Shown: positions 63,272-64,000 of the stretch, piece after piece | How the letters are laid out: each line of letters begins with the position of its first letter | Position numbering within the stretch: the first letter of the stretch is position 1 | Assembly: GCF_964355755.1 (NCBI RefSeq) | Contig: NC_092677.1 | Span: 1,200,101 to 1,264,100 of the forward strand | Direction: 5' to 3' | From: Antedon mediterranea | Lineage: Eukaryota; Animalia; Echinodermata | Length of the DNA: 64,000 bases | Program-made: the position numbers and the translations under genes | Notes under the pieces: generated by a model | What the model was told of the DNA's origin: nothing | What the model saw: the letters and a program-made list of their open reading frames with translations, nothing else | Database searches by the model: none

Positions 63272-64000
63272 TTTCTAACAATTACTTTTAAACACTAGGC
63301 CTAATGTAAACATGATAAAAATCCTGTGTTGTGCTTGTATAGTAAGATTATTCTTTTGTTTTTCTAGATGTTTCAGAACCTTTTTTTAAGCCAGAAGAAG
63401 GATTATCCATCATGATAAATGACACAGCAACATTTATATGTACTTCACTTGATGGTATTCCAACACCGATTACCATAACATGGATCAAAGATGGCAATGA
63501 ACTTGATGTTTCTGATACAGACAAGTATCCGTCTTGTGATGTAGCATTAACGATTAATAAAGTTGCTGAAACAGACGAGGGAGTTTATCAGTGTAGAGCA
63601 GAGAATGCTGCTTACAGTGGAACAGATGGGAAACTTAGTAATACTGCCACACTATCAATAGGTTGGTGAAAATAAACATTTTGATAAATAATATATTTTA
63701 TTGGCATCATATTATAAGTAGTTTCTACAAGTCATAATTATTAATGGAATATTCATATTACAGTATATTATGTCATGCGGTAACAAAAATAGAGCACAGC
63801 TACAGCAAAATCTGAAAGTTTCAGTTTATTTTAGTAATTAAAGGCCTTTTGTAATGTGAACGCATGGCGTGTTTTATTAATATTGCAATTTTGTATTTTC
63901 TATTTCTTTAGCATTAACGACAACTTCTTTTATATCCAGTAGGTTTTGCTTGCATGCATTGTATTGTAAAGTTTCAGGTTTTTGCATTTGAGAAAAGAAA

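Larger units (their letters stand above)
57476..63938 (+). pseudogene. Gene H: IgV-IgC2 receptor paralogue (V subtype beta), frameshifted at the V end; continues past the window
   Basis: Exons 57476-57506 (MIFLIIQLCG + FLGTHA), 57607-57938 (V; gactatgat>gacatgat gives TAG 57930-57932), 63368-63661 (C2), 63912-63938; the V-C2 intron carries a 4.25-kb LINE. Confidence 0.8.

Noticed and set aside
39179-63938. V(D)J-like rearranging locus or Dscam-like mutually exclusive V exons
   Set aside because: Each V exon is complete through strand G, ends in a GT donor and has its own leader, C2, TM and tail; I saw no heptamer-spacer-nonamer signals beside V exons and no J segments (visual check only).

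Overview
AT-rich, intron-rich eukaryotic (metazoan) genomic DNA, most likely a marine invertebrate; an echinoderm-like deuterostome is a guess from repeat content and cannot be proven from the sequence. The window is a tandem cluster of related type-I membrane receptor genes on the + strand, reconstructed by hand from GT-AG splice sites and phase-1 domain exons. It holds the 3' part of an EGF-repeat gene (1-2679), gene A (SP-V-C2-I-V-C2-TM, tail cut by an in-frame TGA), gene B (SP-V-6xEGF-TM-Tyr tail), gene C (SP-V-TM, short tail), and five SP-IgV-IgC2-stalk-TM-tail paralogues (D-H) plus an orphan TM+tail module. D and F look intact; E, G and H are damaged. The shared tail carries an ITAM-like YxxL/I-x8-9-YxxV pair whose second tyrosine is a Grb2-type YVNV/YENV motif. 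The whole looks like a birth-and-death, domain-shuffling immune or recognition receptor complex. An unrelated TM+tail exon set lies on the - strand (33.8-35.5 kb). Interspersed are a near-intact full-length CR1-type LINE (58.1-62.3 kb), older LINE fragments, two non-autonomous Helitrons, Helentron-associated-like elements, several MITEs, a tRNA-derived SINE and minisatellites. No prokaryotic features and no CRISPR. All gene models are manual and lack transcript support.
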